Source of the DNA: an uncultured virus (IMG/VR IMGVR_UViG_3300005512_000013)
Lineage: Duplodnaviria; Heunggongvirae; Uroviricota; Caudoviricetes
Length of the DNA stretch: 20,000 nt
Virus record (IMG/VR): IMGVR_UViG_3300005512_000013
Direction: 5' to 3' (one strand)
The translations under genes were made by a program, and so were the position numbers. Under the pieces are notes generated by a model that made no database searches, had not been told where the DNA came from, and saw only the letters and a program-made list of their open reading frames with translations. This document shows, piece by piece, positions 4,634-16,600 of this stretch. Every line of letters begins with the position of its first letter. Position 1 is the stretch's first letter.

Positions 4634-7600
4634 TCACTTTCCTAACTTGTCCGCCAGGGAGCCACCTGCGGATCCCGGTCCCATCGCGTTCCCCTTAGGA
4701 GTCGCAATGGTACCTGAGAGGCCGGAGGATCCTCCCTGAGGCGTTCCAGCCCCGCTTACTCCCGGAGATGAGTCTCCAGTCGTCTGCGGAGTTTTGGGCG
4801 ATTCAAAGCCCGCTACGTAGTCAGCCTTCAATTTGGCATAGTCCCTAGCTCGGCCCTTGAGACGAGTCTGCTTAGGAGCCGGCCCCCGGTATTCGGGGAC
4901 TGCATTGAAGTTCCCCAGGATCTGGAGATTCTTCGGACGATGCGATTGAGGCGTACCACTGGCGTCCTTGAAGTCACCAGTCGCTCCTCGGAGCCCCGCC
5001 ACCAGAAGGGGACGGAATTCCGCGGGACCGTACTTGTACAAGAACTCCTTAGCCTGACTCGCAGCCTCAGCGGGGTTGCCCTCAAGGAGAGCGCTGCCGC
5101 CCTGCTTCACCAGATCGGTGAACGCAGTGATGCTCTGGATCATCATAGACGGTCCAGGCATGCCGGGGGTGTTCATACCGAAGGAGCGCTCCTGGGCCTT
5201 AGAGCCAAAGACCGCGCCTCCGCTGAGCTTCCCGACAGAGGAAGTCAGACTATTCATAATCATATCAGTTAGGAACGACCCGGCCCCAAAGACAGGCATA
5301 CGAGCAAGAGCGGTGGTCATCTGCCCAGGGGCATCAGTCCGCCAGTCCTCCGCGATCGCCTCCGGGGAGTCGCCGTTCTTCATCCTGTTCAGCGAGTACC
5401 ACATGACCTCACCGAAGTAGAGAGGCATGAGCATAGCCGCGGTGGCACCGAGGCCGGTAGCCGCCAGGCCAGCCATGACTTCTCGCATGAACAGAATAGA
5501 ATATTGTGATAGCTGCTGCCACATACGGACAACGGGGCTCGTGTTCAAGTTGGTCGTACCAACTCGGGGCTCCATGTTCGTCTTGGCAACTTGGTTGAAG
5601 AGAAGCTGCTGGAGGCCAGTAGCCGCCTTGCCGGACTTGAGAGACTCCTTGCCTCTTCCGAGGCCAGGCTCCCAAGCGACAGCATCAAACATCTCTTCAT
5701 ACTTCAGGAACGTGTTATCAGGCATATAGTCTTCAGCCAGCTCAGACACCCGCCGAGCCATCTCCGGAGAGAGTAGACCCAGGCCGTGCATCTGAGTAGC
5801 CACGTCAGCCTTCACACCGTTCTCCTTCGCAAGGCGTCGAATCAGCTTGGCGTCAATAGTGCCCTCAGGGTTGGAGGCAATCCAATCGTTGAGAGCGTCA
5901 GCCAGCTTCATGGCCTTAGAGTTTCCGTCGGCGTCCGTGACCAGCATCTTCCGGAGAAGCTGCTGAGCAGGGATCATGGCCGCCTCACGCTGAGCGAGCT
6001 GCACTCGTTCAAACGCGAAGGAGCCCAAACGACGGATCTTCTTGTTAGCCTTGTCGTGGAAGCTTTCCTTGAGCGAGGGGTCCAGGGCCATTGCAGCCGA
6101 GGCCTCGTCGCCCATGTTCCAGATGTGACCGAAGCCAAGCTTCGTCATATGGTAGGGCATGGTGATACCGATGGCGTGCATCGAATCCCGCATGGCCCCC
6201 ATGTCACCGGCGTACTTTGGAAGAGTCATCTTCGTTCCGTCGGTGAACATCTTAGCTGCACGATTGACCAAGCCAGCCGTGCCTTCCACAATGAGGGACG
6301 CAGTCGTCCAGTTAGGCGTGGTCGCAAGACCGACCGCCGTCTGAATCGTAGGAGCAACAGCTTCGAGGAAGTCATTGCCCGACTCATCCTTATACGAAGG
6401 GTTACGGCCCTGGGCAAGCCTGTACTGAGACTCGAGGTTCTCAATCTCCTTGATCGCAGCGCGCTGCTGAGAATCGGAGAGCTTGACCATGGTACCGTCC
6501 TGCGAGACACGCGCCCGATGGACGCGAGCCTTAAGAGCATTCAGGAGATCGCCATAACCGAAGCCGGTAATGCCGTAGTACTCCTGATTAAAGAACTTGT
6601 CCGTGACTCCATGATCGAAGGCCATAAAGGTCTTCAATACATTAATAGGAGTACGGTTCAGACCCCGACCAGCAACACCGTCGTTCAAGATACGTCGGAA
6701 GTCACCGCCGCTCATGAAGCGGTTGTTAGCGAAGGAGTAACCACCGTGACGACTGCGATACAACATCTTCATTGCTTCGTAGTCGGCCGGCGAGGATACT
6801 TCCCTACCCGAGGCAAGTACCGCACGGAACTTAGCTCGGTCCTCCGGATCGGGGAAGTCCCGATCAAGGTGGCGCATATAGAAGGGGACATTCTTACTGT
6901 CCGTGAACACAGCGGGGTCAACGCGCCCCTGCATGGCCTGCTTGTAGACATCCCGCAACTGAGTGGGCATATCCTTAGCGTGCCACTGACCGGCCTCCAT
7001 TTTCTCTTGGAGAACCTGAGACGCCAGCCAGAACTCGTCAGAACGATCACCGCCATCAAAGCCGATGTCGTACTTGCTTTCATCAATGTTCAGCTTGCCT
7101 TCGTCAATAATAATATCAACGAGATCCGAACCATAGACGGAGTCCAGGGTATCGACATGGCGAGCCCGATCGGTGGGAGACATTGCTGACTTCCACGGAG
7201 CGAAGATGCCATAGTCGTGCATGAATTGTGCATTCACGAACCCCTGTCGTTCCTCGGGAACGGAGGGATCATATTCAAGTCGTCGAATCTGCTCTTGGCG
7301 GATGCCGTCACCAACCTTGATGGACATCTCGCGCATAGCAGAATCTTCCTTGATGATCTGGCTAAGCTGAATAGGCAGCTGGCGATTCCCGTCACCGACG
7401 AGACTATCGACCACCCACTTATCCATCTCACCAGTTTGATGCGCGTTCTTATACGCACGGTCGTACAGCTTAGCGAATTCACGCGAAGCAGTCTCGACCA
7501 GGTTGGCGGCATGCGGGTTCACACGCCCCAACTCATCCAGAGCCTCGGTATTATCCGGATGGCCGATGAAGGTTTCTTCAAACGCATCATCAACCATACG

Positions 7601-10600
7601 AACGAACTCAGGGTCCTGGATCTTCTGAGCCATCTCAAAGAGTTCAATGGACGCCGACATCGGCTTGCCATACAGCGCTCGCTGAAGCGTCTGGATCTCC
7701 TGCTGCGACATGCCCATACTAAAAGCCTGAGCAGCGGAACGCTCCTCGAAGCCAAGAGTATTGTTGAGCATCTGAGCCGCCCAGTTGATCTCATCCGTCA
7801 TCGAACGCCACGCCGAAGAGGTGCCCTGCAAAGCAATGCCCTCACCGACAAACATAGCCGCACGTCGGAACTTAGAGTCACCCACGGTCTCGCGACGACC
7901 AGCGATCTTCCCGTCAATCATATGATCAACGATAAGCTTCTTCTCGTCCTCAGTGAAACCGTCTAGGCGAACTCGACCGAACTCTTCGTGAGTAGCCGGG
8001 TCACCATCTGCAATCTTACGGGCAATCTTTGCACGCTCTTCGATCGTGAGACCGGAGTCGCGCATAGCATACCTCGTCTTCTTGCGGGTGCCCTCACCAA
8101 GCAGCGTCCTTTGGACACCAGCGATGGATCGCTCAGAAGGAGTCGCGTGCCCAAGCTCCGCCAAGCGGTTCTTGAGAGACTCAATCTTATTGCGGATCAT
8201 CGGTAGATCTTCTTCAGACGCTGTTCGTGATTCGTCCATCGCCTCAGTCAACGCCTTGCGAAGGGCGTCCTCTGTGTTGATGTTCGAAGAGTGATTAAAC
8301 CACATTTCGTTAAATGCCTTACGACCCGACCACAGCACAGGCTCCGCAGTGTTAGCAATGCGGCCCAGGCGCTCAAGGACCGTAGCGGGCTTAAGCCTGT
8401 CGGCTCTAATGCCCTTAGCCTCGATCTTAGGGGTCTCGTAGATCTTTGCGATCTTACGAATACGATCACCGTAACCGGCGCGATACAAAGCAGTAAACTC
8501 TTCACCGAAGTTCTTAGTCACCTCAGTATCGATCGTACGTGAAAGCAAATACCAGGACATCATCTGAGCTGCGAACTCCTGCGACGCAACACCCTGACGG
8601 TGAGAGTCACCGCTCTTGAGGTCGTCGTAGAACTTCTTAAACAACTCATTGCCCTTCTTGTCTCCATGGATAGCAACAAACGCGTCATTGAAAGTCTTCA
8701 AGTCCTCGGGCGTACCCTGAAGGATACGGCGATGGAACTGAGACCTCATCGACGTGAGGGCATGGGACGACGGTCCGCCGCCCTTGGCTCCCTTACCAAG
8801 TGCCATCCCACGGTGGACGATAGCGTGTCCAATTTCATGAACAACAATATCAAACACCTCCATGGCCTCCATGCCTCTCATATCCTTAAGGATAGAGACG
8901 CGATGAAGCATCTGCTGCGAGCTGTCAATCATAGACCGCATCTTAGCAGTACCAGCTTCGCCGGTGAACTGGAACTTGATCCCAGGGAGGAGATCCCCCA
9001 GGAGGTCCATGTTCATAGCCATCATCAAACCGAATTCGCGAGCAGCGTCTTCATCCTTAAAGACACCCGCCTTCTTAAACTCATCAATCAGAGTGTTCAA
9101 AGCCGGGTAACGCTTTTCACGAATTACCTTATCAAACTCATTAGCAAGAGTTCGGCCATTGCTAAAGATAGGCCCAGAGTTATCCGGGACACCCTCAGCA
9201 ATTAGCTTACCCTCCTGCTCAGTTTCCATATCATCGAGAACTCGACCAGCCGACGCATCGGTAATCAGATCGCGCTCAGGCATGTTAGCCATAACGGCTT
9301 CCAGCTTAGCTCGGTTAACACCTCGCGTGTTATAGTCCAGCTCGTCTCCCATGATAGCAGCAATGTCCTCTCGGAACGTGCCTTCTACTTCAGAGTTGAG
9401 ACGAGATTCGATAATATTAAAGTTATCATAAAACTTCTTGCCCATGCCTTCCGTAAAGTCCGATCGACGCAGGAAAGACACGGGAGGAACAGAGCCCTTT
9501 ATTCCCTCGGCCATGTTTCTCTTGGCTCGGGAAGAATACTTAGCAATAGAGGCCATCTTCATCTCGTCCTTACCAGAGAGATGATATGCCCACGCCGCGT
9601 GAGCAGCGTCTGCGTTCCAGCGAACCTCTCCGTCCTCATCTGCGGATTTCAGGTGAGACATGTCGAAGACGCCGGAGTTCTCGTAAATACCCAAGATTTG
9701 ACTACCCCGGATATAAGCAAGGGCATCAAGCCCAGACGAACCGGAGATAGAATCATCAAAAGACATCCACCGGTTAGCGCCGTCCGTGACTTCGCCAATT
9801 CCCTTACGGGCGGCGTCGATACGATCCTGGCTAACCTTACCTTCGCGGTCAGGGTGGAGATGTGAGAAGGCTCTAGACCTATACTCACGAGCGCCCATCT
9901 GATCCACGAGGTTGAGCTTCTCCATCTTCATTTCAAGCATCGACGCAAACCACAGACGACGAATCATCGGCTGAGACTTGGGGTCAATACCAGAAGCACG
10001 GAGCTGGCCCATAGTACGCCAGAGAAGAGTCTTCATTGGAACGCGGCTCAGAGTAAGATCGCGGCCAAGGGAATCGATGTAAGCCGCAGGCCTACGCTTT
10101 CCGTCCTCAACCTGGAGAACCTTAAGGTCCCCCTCAGTAATCATATCTTGCAGCAATTCCTGAGTAAGTTCTTCTGGCTTCGAGATACCAAAGAGCTTAC
10201 GGGCCAGGCCCATAGCTTCGGGATCCTTCATCAGGGTTTCACGAACAGACCCAAGACCCATCAACGTAGTAATGTTAGCAGGCATAAAGGACTCATCGAC
10301 AAACCCTTCCTGCCACTCCTTCAGCCTGGCTTCGTAGTACGATCCGTCCGCATCGTCCTCAAGACGCCTAGCGGCGTACTCGTTAAACTTAAACGCAGCT
10401 TCTTCAGCGTCCACCCCGAACTTGGTCATAATAAACCAATGCCCGAAACGGACAGACTCTTCAGCCGCGCCCATGCCAATACCAAAGTCATTGGAGAAAA
10501 CAGACTTCGCCATAATGCCGGTGATCAACGCGCCGGACGTAATGTTACTACCCTCAAGAACAATACCTTCTCGAGGAGCAGGCCCGAGCAGCGCATCAGC

Positions 10601-13600
10601 GTGCATCCAGTTCCCAGTGGGGTCGTTCACGTACAGCTCTCTAAGAGCCTGCAAGAACGAACCAGCGGGATAGGCGGTTCCAGTATCAGGAATAATCTGC
10701 ACGTCTCGCGTGCCAGCTTCCTTCTTAGCAGCAATCTCAGTCTCGCCCATGAGCTCTTCCAGATAAGACTGGATGTCTCGTTGGACGGTATCCATAAAGC
10801 CCTTCTGGCCTTCTATAGTCTTAAGGTCAAAGCCTTCACCGTTTTCGGTGGACTTCAACTTAGACGTACCTGAGGTCATGCCTTGCTTCACGGCTCTCTC
10901 TACGTGCATCAATCGGAAGACTCGCCCAAAGGAGTCCATGTCCGTGATCGGGATGCCAATAGAGTTGCTGTAATCATTGACTTCGCGCCACGTCCAGTTG
11001 CGAAGCCATTCCTTATCATTCTCGATTCTCATACCGTCGTTACCGCGAGGGGCAACGGGCTGAGGATTCTCGATCATGAATGTACTCAATTTATTTGCGA
11101 TCTTCAGGGGAGACGGCACAGCCATCTCGCCAAGAGTAATCGCAGGGCCAGATACTTCGCCCTTCATGGCGGCCTTAATCTTATCGCGCATCACGATATC
11201 AGACGTGCGGCGAAGACGGAAGGCCTGGAGCTGAGGAATGCCGGCATCAGTCATGATACCTTCATCGCCCTGCCCAAACAGAGTCTGAGTCCGAGTAGAG
11301 GGGACTTGACTACGGATATCATCCCAGAGGATGTCCGAAAGCTCCTCAGGCATCTCACCGTTCTGTTGTCGGTAATCAGCTCGCCATTCCTGGCGGATCT
11401 CTTCCATCTTCTCTCGGATACCCGTAGCTCGGCTCTCATTAGCAGCCCAGTCACGGTAGAAGCCTTCAACAGTCGGCTCCACGTAATCCTTGATCGGAGG
11501 GTTCTGAACCCCCAGGAAGTCGATCATCATATCCTGAACAACAAGCTGAGCAGCCACCAGATTGCGGTCCTCGGCAGACATCTCATTCCAGCCCCTTGCA
11601 TGCTCAGCATCGAGCTCCCAGATAGGAGCTGCGTGCTCGTCAGACACGGCTCGGTACACCGGCCGGATAGACCGGTCGGAGTCGTTAGGATTAACCCAAC
11701 CCTTGCCTCCCTGCCCTGCCCCGGTCCAACCACGTCCAGCGGACGAGTGAATCGAAGAGTGCAGACGTAGTCCGGCTTCGTGAGCAAGCTTCATCTTTGG
11801 ATCTAGATCGTCAGCAGTAAGACCAACACTCTTAAGAGCACTGTCGGCCTCTGCGTTTCGCATCCTATATCCAACACTATTCATTGCACGGATGGTGAGC
11901 TCATCTCGCCGCGTCAGCCAGTTCTCGAGGAAATCTCGGAGGGCCAGCTCAGGCGTATCAGACTCTGCCATAACTTCGCGCATCTTAACTGCAATATTTT
12001 CTTCAGCCACCTTGATCTGGTCCACAGTAGCCGCACCACTCTTAATGAGCATGAGGTTCTTCATGTGCCAGCGCCCAACAGTAGCGAGGAATTCATCGCC
12101 ATAATCGTTGGACCAACCACGACGCTTCGCAACGGCGACAGCTTTTTCCTTTACCTGCCGCTGGAAGTTCTCGTAGTTCTCTCGGTTAGCCTTTTCGTTT
12201 CGCTCTTCCCGAGCTGCTTTATCCTGAGGGGATTCGTCGCCCTCCGGCGCAGGCTCCCTCTCCCATGCCGTATCTTCCATACTGCGCTGAGCGTAGAGAT
12301 CATCATACGTAATGTTACGCATTTCGACTTCGCCCCTCTGAACCACAGTAGAGTCGCTACCGGCGTCACGCCCTCTGTGCTCAATCTGAAGATCAAGATC
12401 AGGGTTAAACGCATCCGCGTGGAGGGAGTTAAGGTTACGAATAGAATCACGGAAAGTCTTGGCGTCGGGCGTCTTAAGAATCTTGCCCATCATACCGCCT
12501 TCGCCCTTCCACTTCTTACCGGCCTTATCTGCAAAGGCCCAACCAAGGACGCTCGCAGTCTGGTAGAGAATAGAGTTAGGCTGTCGGTTACCCGACTTCG
12601 CGTCAGCTTCGAGCTTCTTCGCCAGATCGGGGAAAGCTTCCTCGACCATGCCTCGGAATTCAGCAGCTGCTGGAGTGTCAATACTAAAAGCTTCCTCAAG
12701 GAAGTCAGCAATGGCTCCAGACATAGCATCGCCACCGGCGCCGTAAGATCGGGTCATAACAGGACGCTTCATGAGCTTGTCCCGAAGGAACTTCTTCATG
12801 CGGCCCTGAGCAGCAGTACCTGGATCATCAGCCTTAGCCTCTTCTCCAATTTCCTGCTTACTACCAAACTTACCAATAGAATCAAACAAGTGATTCCACA
12901 TATCTGCGCCGTCAGCAAATACTTCCTCATTTCCAAAGCGTCCGCTACCAAAAGCGGTCTCGCTAAAGCCCGTACCCTCAGACCCTTCTATTCTACCCTG
13001 GAGCCGGCCTTGGCTCTTAGCAAAGCGAGGCTCAGCCGGGATATCGATCATCCCATCCCAGACAGTGGAGTAGAAGTCGGCAGCTACAACTGCCAGGCCC
13101 TCTTCGTCAAGCTTAGCGCTGACGTTCTGAGCCAGAGCTTCGGCCTTGAGCATCTCCATTCGAATGTCCCCGTTGAGGAAACCATCCTTAGGATCCCAGC
13201 CCATAGCCGTCTTAACTTCGTCGATACCACGAGCAATGTCGTAGTCCGAATCAATAATATTTTTAACATTAGCATCAGACTTACCGTAAGCCGCCTGCTG
13301 ACGAGCAGCAAAGACAGCGGCGTTGAACAAGCCCTTAGCCAGAGACACAGCCTGTGAAGCCGCGTCCCACGAGTTGAGGATCTCATCGAACTGCTTAGTA
13401 GAAAGCGTACCGCCTTCAAACTTAGCCTTTCGGATTTCTTCATCAACCTTGCGAACAGCGGTATCCAGCTCAATCAGGGTCAGCATCTCTGCTGCCTCAC
13501 GGAGCTCTGCTTCGCCCTTGCTGCCGCCCTTCTCGGCCAGCGCCAAAAGCTTTCGCTTCTCGCCGACCTTCAGGCTCTTCTTAATGCCGGCAGCATCAGC

Positions 13601-16600
13601 TGCCTTCTTCAGGGCTTCGCCCTTAAGGTTGGCAATGTGCTCAGGGATTTCAATCTCTTCCCCTTCGGCTGCCTTACCCCGAAGATCATTAGCAACAATA
13701 GCATCCCGCATGTCCTTCAAACTCTCAAGACCAATGGCACGAGCAAAAGCGTCCATGCCGTCAAACTGCCGGAAGATCATACCGGAGCGGATGTTAAGCC
13801 AGTCGGTAATACCGCCGGGCACCGTAGCCAGAGTCTGCCAGCCAGCGCCCAGGCCGTCCAGCGATCCTGCGCCCTGTGAGTTACGCATAACCATGGGACC
13901 AATGGCACCCATGTTATTGAGAGCAACGCCCTCCTGCATAATCAACGTAAGGTCATCGTGGATCCCCTGATGGAGATGCACTGGCTCCTGAAGCATTCGA
14001 GAGTAGTAATCATCCATTTTTTGCTTAATGTCGCCACTCCAATCACGAACAGGAGACCCGAGAGCCTTTGCGTCACGAGACACCAAGTGCAGCCCACGGT
14101 CCTTCTGCTCGAAGGGGTGCTTAGGAACATTAGCCTGGATCTCTTCCGCAGAAGCGTTCTTAAGGTTAGTGTAGAACTCAATAATATCGTTGAGCTCTTC
14201 ATGAGAGAATTCCCGAGGGGTCCCGTCCGGGTTGAACAGGATCTGCCTCTCGCCCTCTCTAAGCATGAACTCTTCAATAAACTTGACCTGCTTCTGAACC
14301 TTCAGGTTACCCGTGGGGTTCTGAGTTCGGTCAGCACTGAATCGAACGTGAGCATAGGTCTCGCCACGAGTGCCGACCTTAGTGTCTGCCTTAATCTCAG
14401 CGGCCGTGTCTCCAGTCAGGGACGCACCGTCTCGGTACATCCCGATCAAAGCCAGGCCAGCCTGATTACCACGAACGAAAGACTGGGAGCCATTAACAAG
14501 ATCCATGGGGCTATCAAACCCGAGATCCTTAGCAGCCAGCTTTGCAATCATAGGAGCGACAGTGCTCTTCCATTCTTCAGTAGGGGAGCTACCTCGCTGA
14601 GGCACGGGGATACCATGCCGCTTGAAGATAGCGTTTCTGTTCTCGACGGAGATACCGTGGTTACCGAAGAGCGCATTTCGAGCGCCCAGATACAGGGCGT
14701 CCTCTTCCGTTCTAAGGTAAGCCGCCCAGCCTTCTTCCCCGAGCTCCTGTCGCTTAGCGGCAGCAGCTTCCTGGGACACAGCTCGGTACGGAGCAAGCAT
14801 CTCTTGTTCGAGATAATCAATTTCATTAACAGTCTTAATCTTGCTGTTGTACTGCGCCAGCCGGATACGATCCTCGAGATCGGCTTCGCCATTCTTGACC
14901 TTGCCTTCGAGGCGCGCCATCTCGGCACGAGCAGCAGCAGAACGAGCAGTGTTGAAGTCAGCGTCGACACGAGCAAGGCGTTCTTCCGCAATGCGGCGAA
15001 CCTCAGCAAGGTCGTACTTATTGGTGCCCACGCCGGAAGTTCCCCGAGCAGGACCAAAGACTGCATCACGGAGGTTGACACCTGCGTCTGACTCAGGCCC
15101 AAAGAGGGGCCGAGCAATCGCGAGCATCTCTACTTCGCCAATGAACCTATCATGTCCACCAGCTCGTAGTTCCTCCATGTGCTTATTAACTTCATTCAAC
15201 ACATTCATAAAGTAGAGACGCTGCCCCTCGCGGTCAACCCCGAGGATCAGCATCTGATCAATATTCAGCTTACCGGCCGAAAGTTGATCGTCTACCTGCT
15301 GGATAAACCTGTGATACCCCACGAGGGCGGTAAGCTCTTCGATGTCCAGTCCCTTTACGGCGTCAGCGTTCTCTGCGGGATAGCCGAACTTCGAGTGAAG
15401 CTCCTGCCGGAGAGTCAGCTTCTTCTGGTTCTTATGCACCTTAGCAACCTCTCCCTCGACGTCCTTAATCATGTCCCCAAGCGATCGCTCGGTAGAGATG
15501 TTAGCGACATCGAAGGTCTCATGCAGAGTCTTCAGGTTTTCAATAGCCTTATCAAAATAGGCCGTGCCTTCAAGGAAGGCCTTATTATCACGGAACTGGT
15601 AATCGCGGAGACTACCACCTCCGACAAGAAGCTTAAGCTCCTGAGCCGTGCGGTAAGCCGCAGCGGGCCCAGCAGCCTTATGTTCTTCAATCTGCTTAGC
15701 AATAGCCTCATAGCTGCCTCGAGTAAACCGGCTCGCCAAGAAGACGGCGTTCGGATCCTCAGTAAGGCCCTTGAAGTTATTACCCTGTCCGTGACGACGA
15801 GCCGTGCGGATAGCGTTGTGCGCTCCGCCCAGATCAATCATATCGGAATCACCATTATCGAAAGACCGAGCAAACTCCGGATCAAGTTCCACCAGCGCGT
15901 GGCGGAGAACTTCGACCGGCATTTCCTCAAAGCCTTCCTTCTCAAAGCCGTCAACGACGTCATGTGCTCGGGACTCGACCGCACCGAGCATTCGGTGGGA
16001 TACGACCTGAGCAGCAATAGCGTCGACTTCGACTTCGTCAACATCTAGTCTCTGTGCAATAGCCTTACGGACAGCGGCCTGGGCCTCTTCCGCAGTATGC
16101 ACCTTCTGAGAAGCTTCGGCCTGGGCCTTCTTAGCCACCTTCTTAACCGGAGGAGGCTCAGGCACAGTAACCCGCTCGAATTCGACAGGAGCATTCTTGG
16201 CTTCTTCAACCTTCTGCGCAGCCTCATCGACCTTCTTTTGAGCGGCTGCCTTAGCCTCAGCCTCAGCGCCAGCACGCTCACGACGCAGGGCATCGATATC
16301 AGCCTCAGCATCCTCGCGAGCATCAGAACCCTTCTTGTAGTCAGGAGTATCCTCAAATCGTGAGGGGCCCTCAGGCTCTCCCTCAGCGGCTTCAGTCTCA
16401 GCCTTAGCCTTCGCTTCAGCCTCAGCCTCGGCTTCTTCGGCTTCGATCCTAGCCTTCTCAGCCTTAGCTTCCGCGAGAGCCTTTTCCTGCTCTTCGAGTT
16501 GCTTCTGCTTGGCGGCTTGGGCCTCTGCTTCGCGCTTTGCGTTTTCCTTCTCAGCGGCCTCTTCGGCCTCTTTCTTTTCCTTGAGACGCTGATCTTCGGC

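Noticed and set aside
3705..4698. ORFs 3705-3959, 3996-4292, 4199-4396, 4504-4698 and others in the junction
   Set aside because: No convincing RBS, atypical composition, and they overlap repeats, promoter hairpins or real genes.
12740..13970. Family A DNA polymerase call for the giant protein
   Set aside because: IHDD resembles Pol A motif C, but motif B (KxxVMTxxYG) and DFY are RNAP-type, and no exonuclease motifs were recognised.
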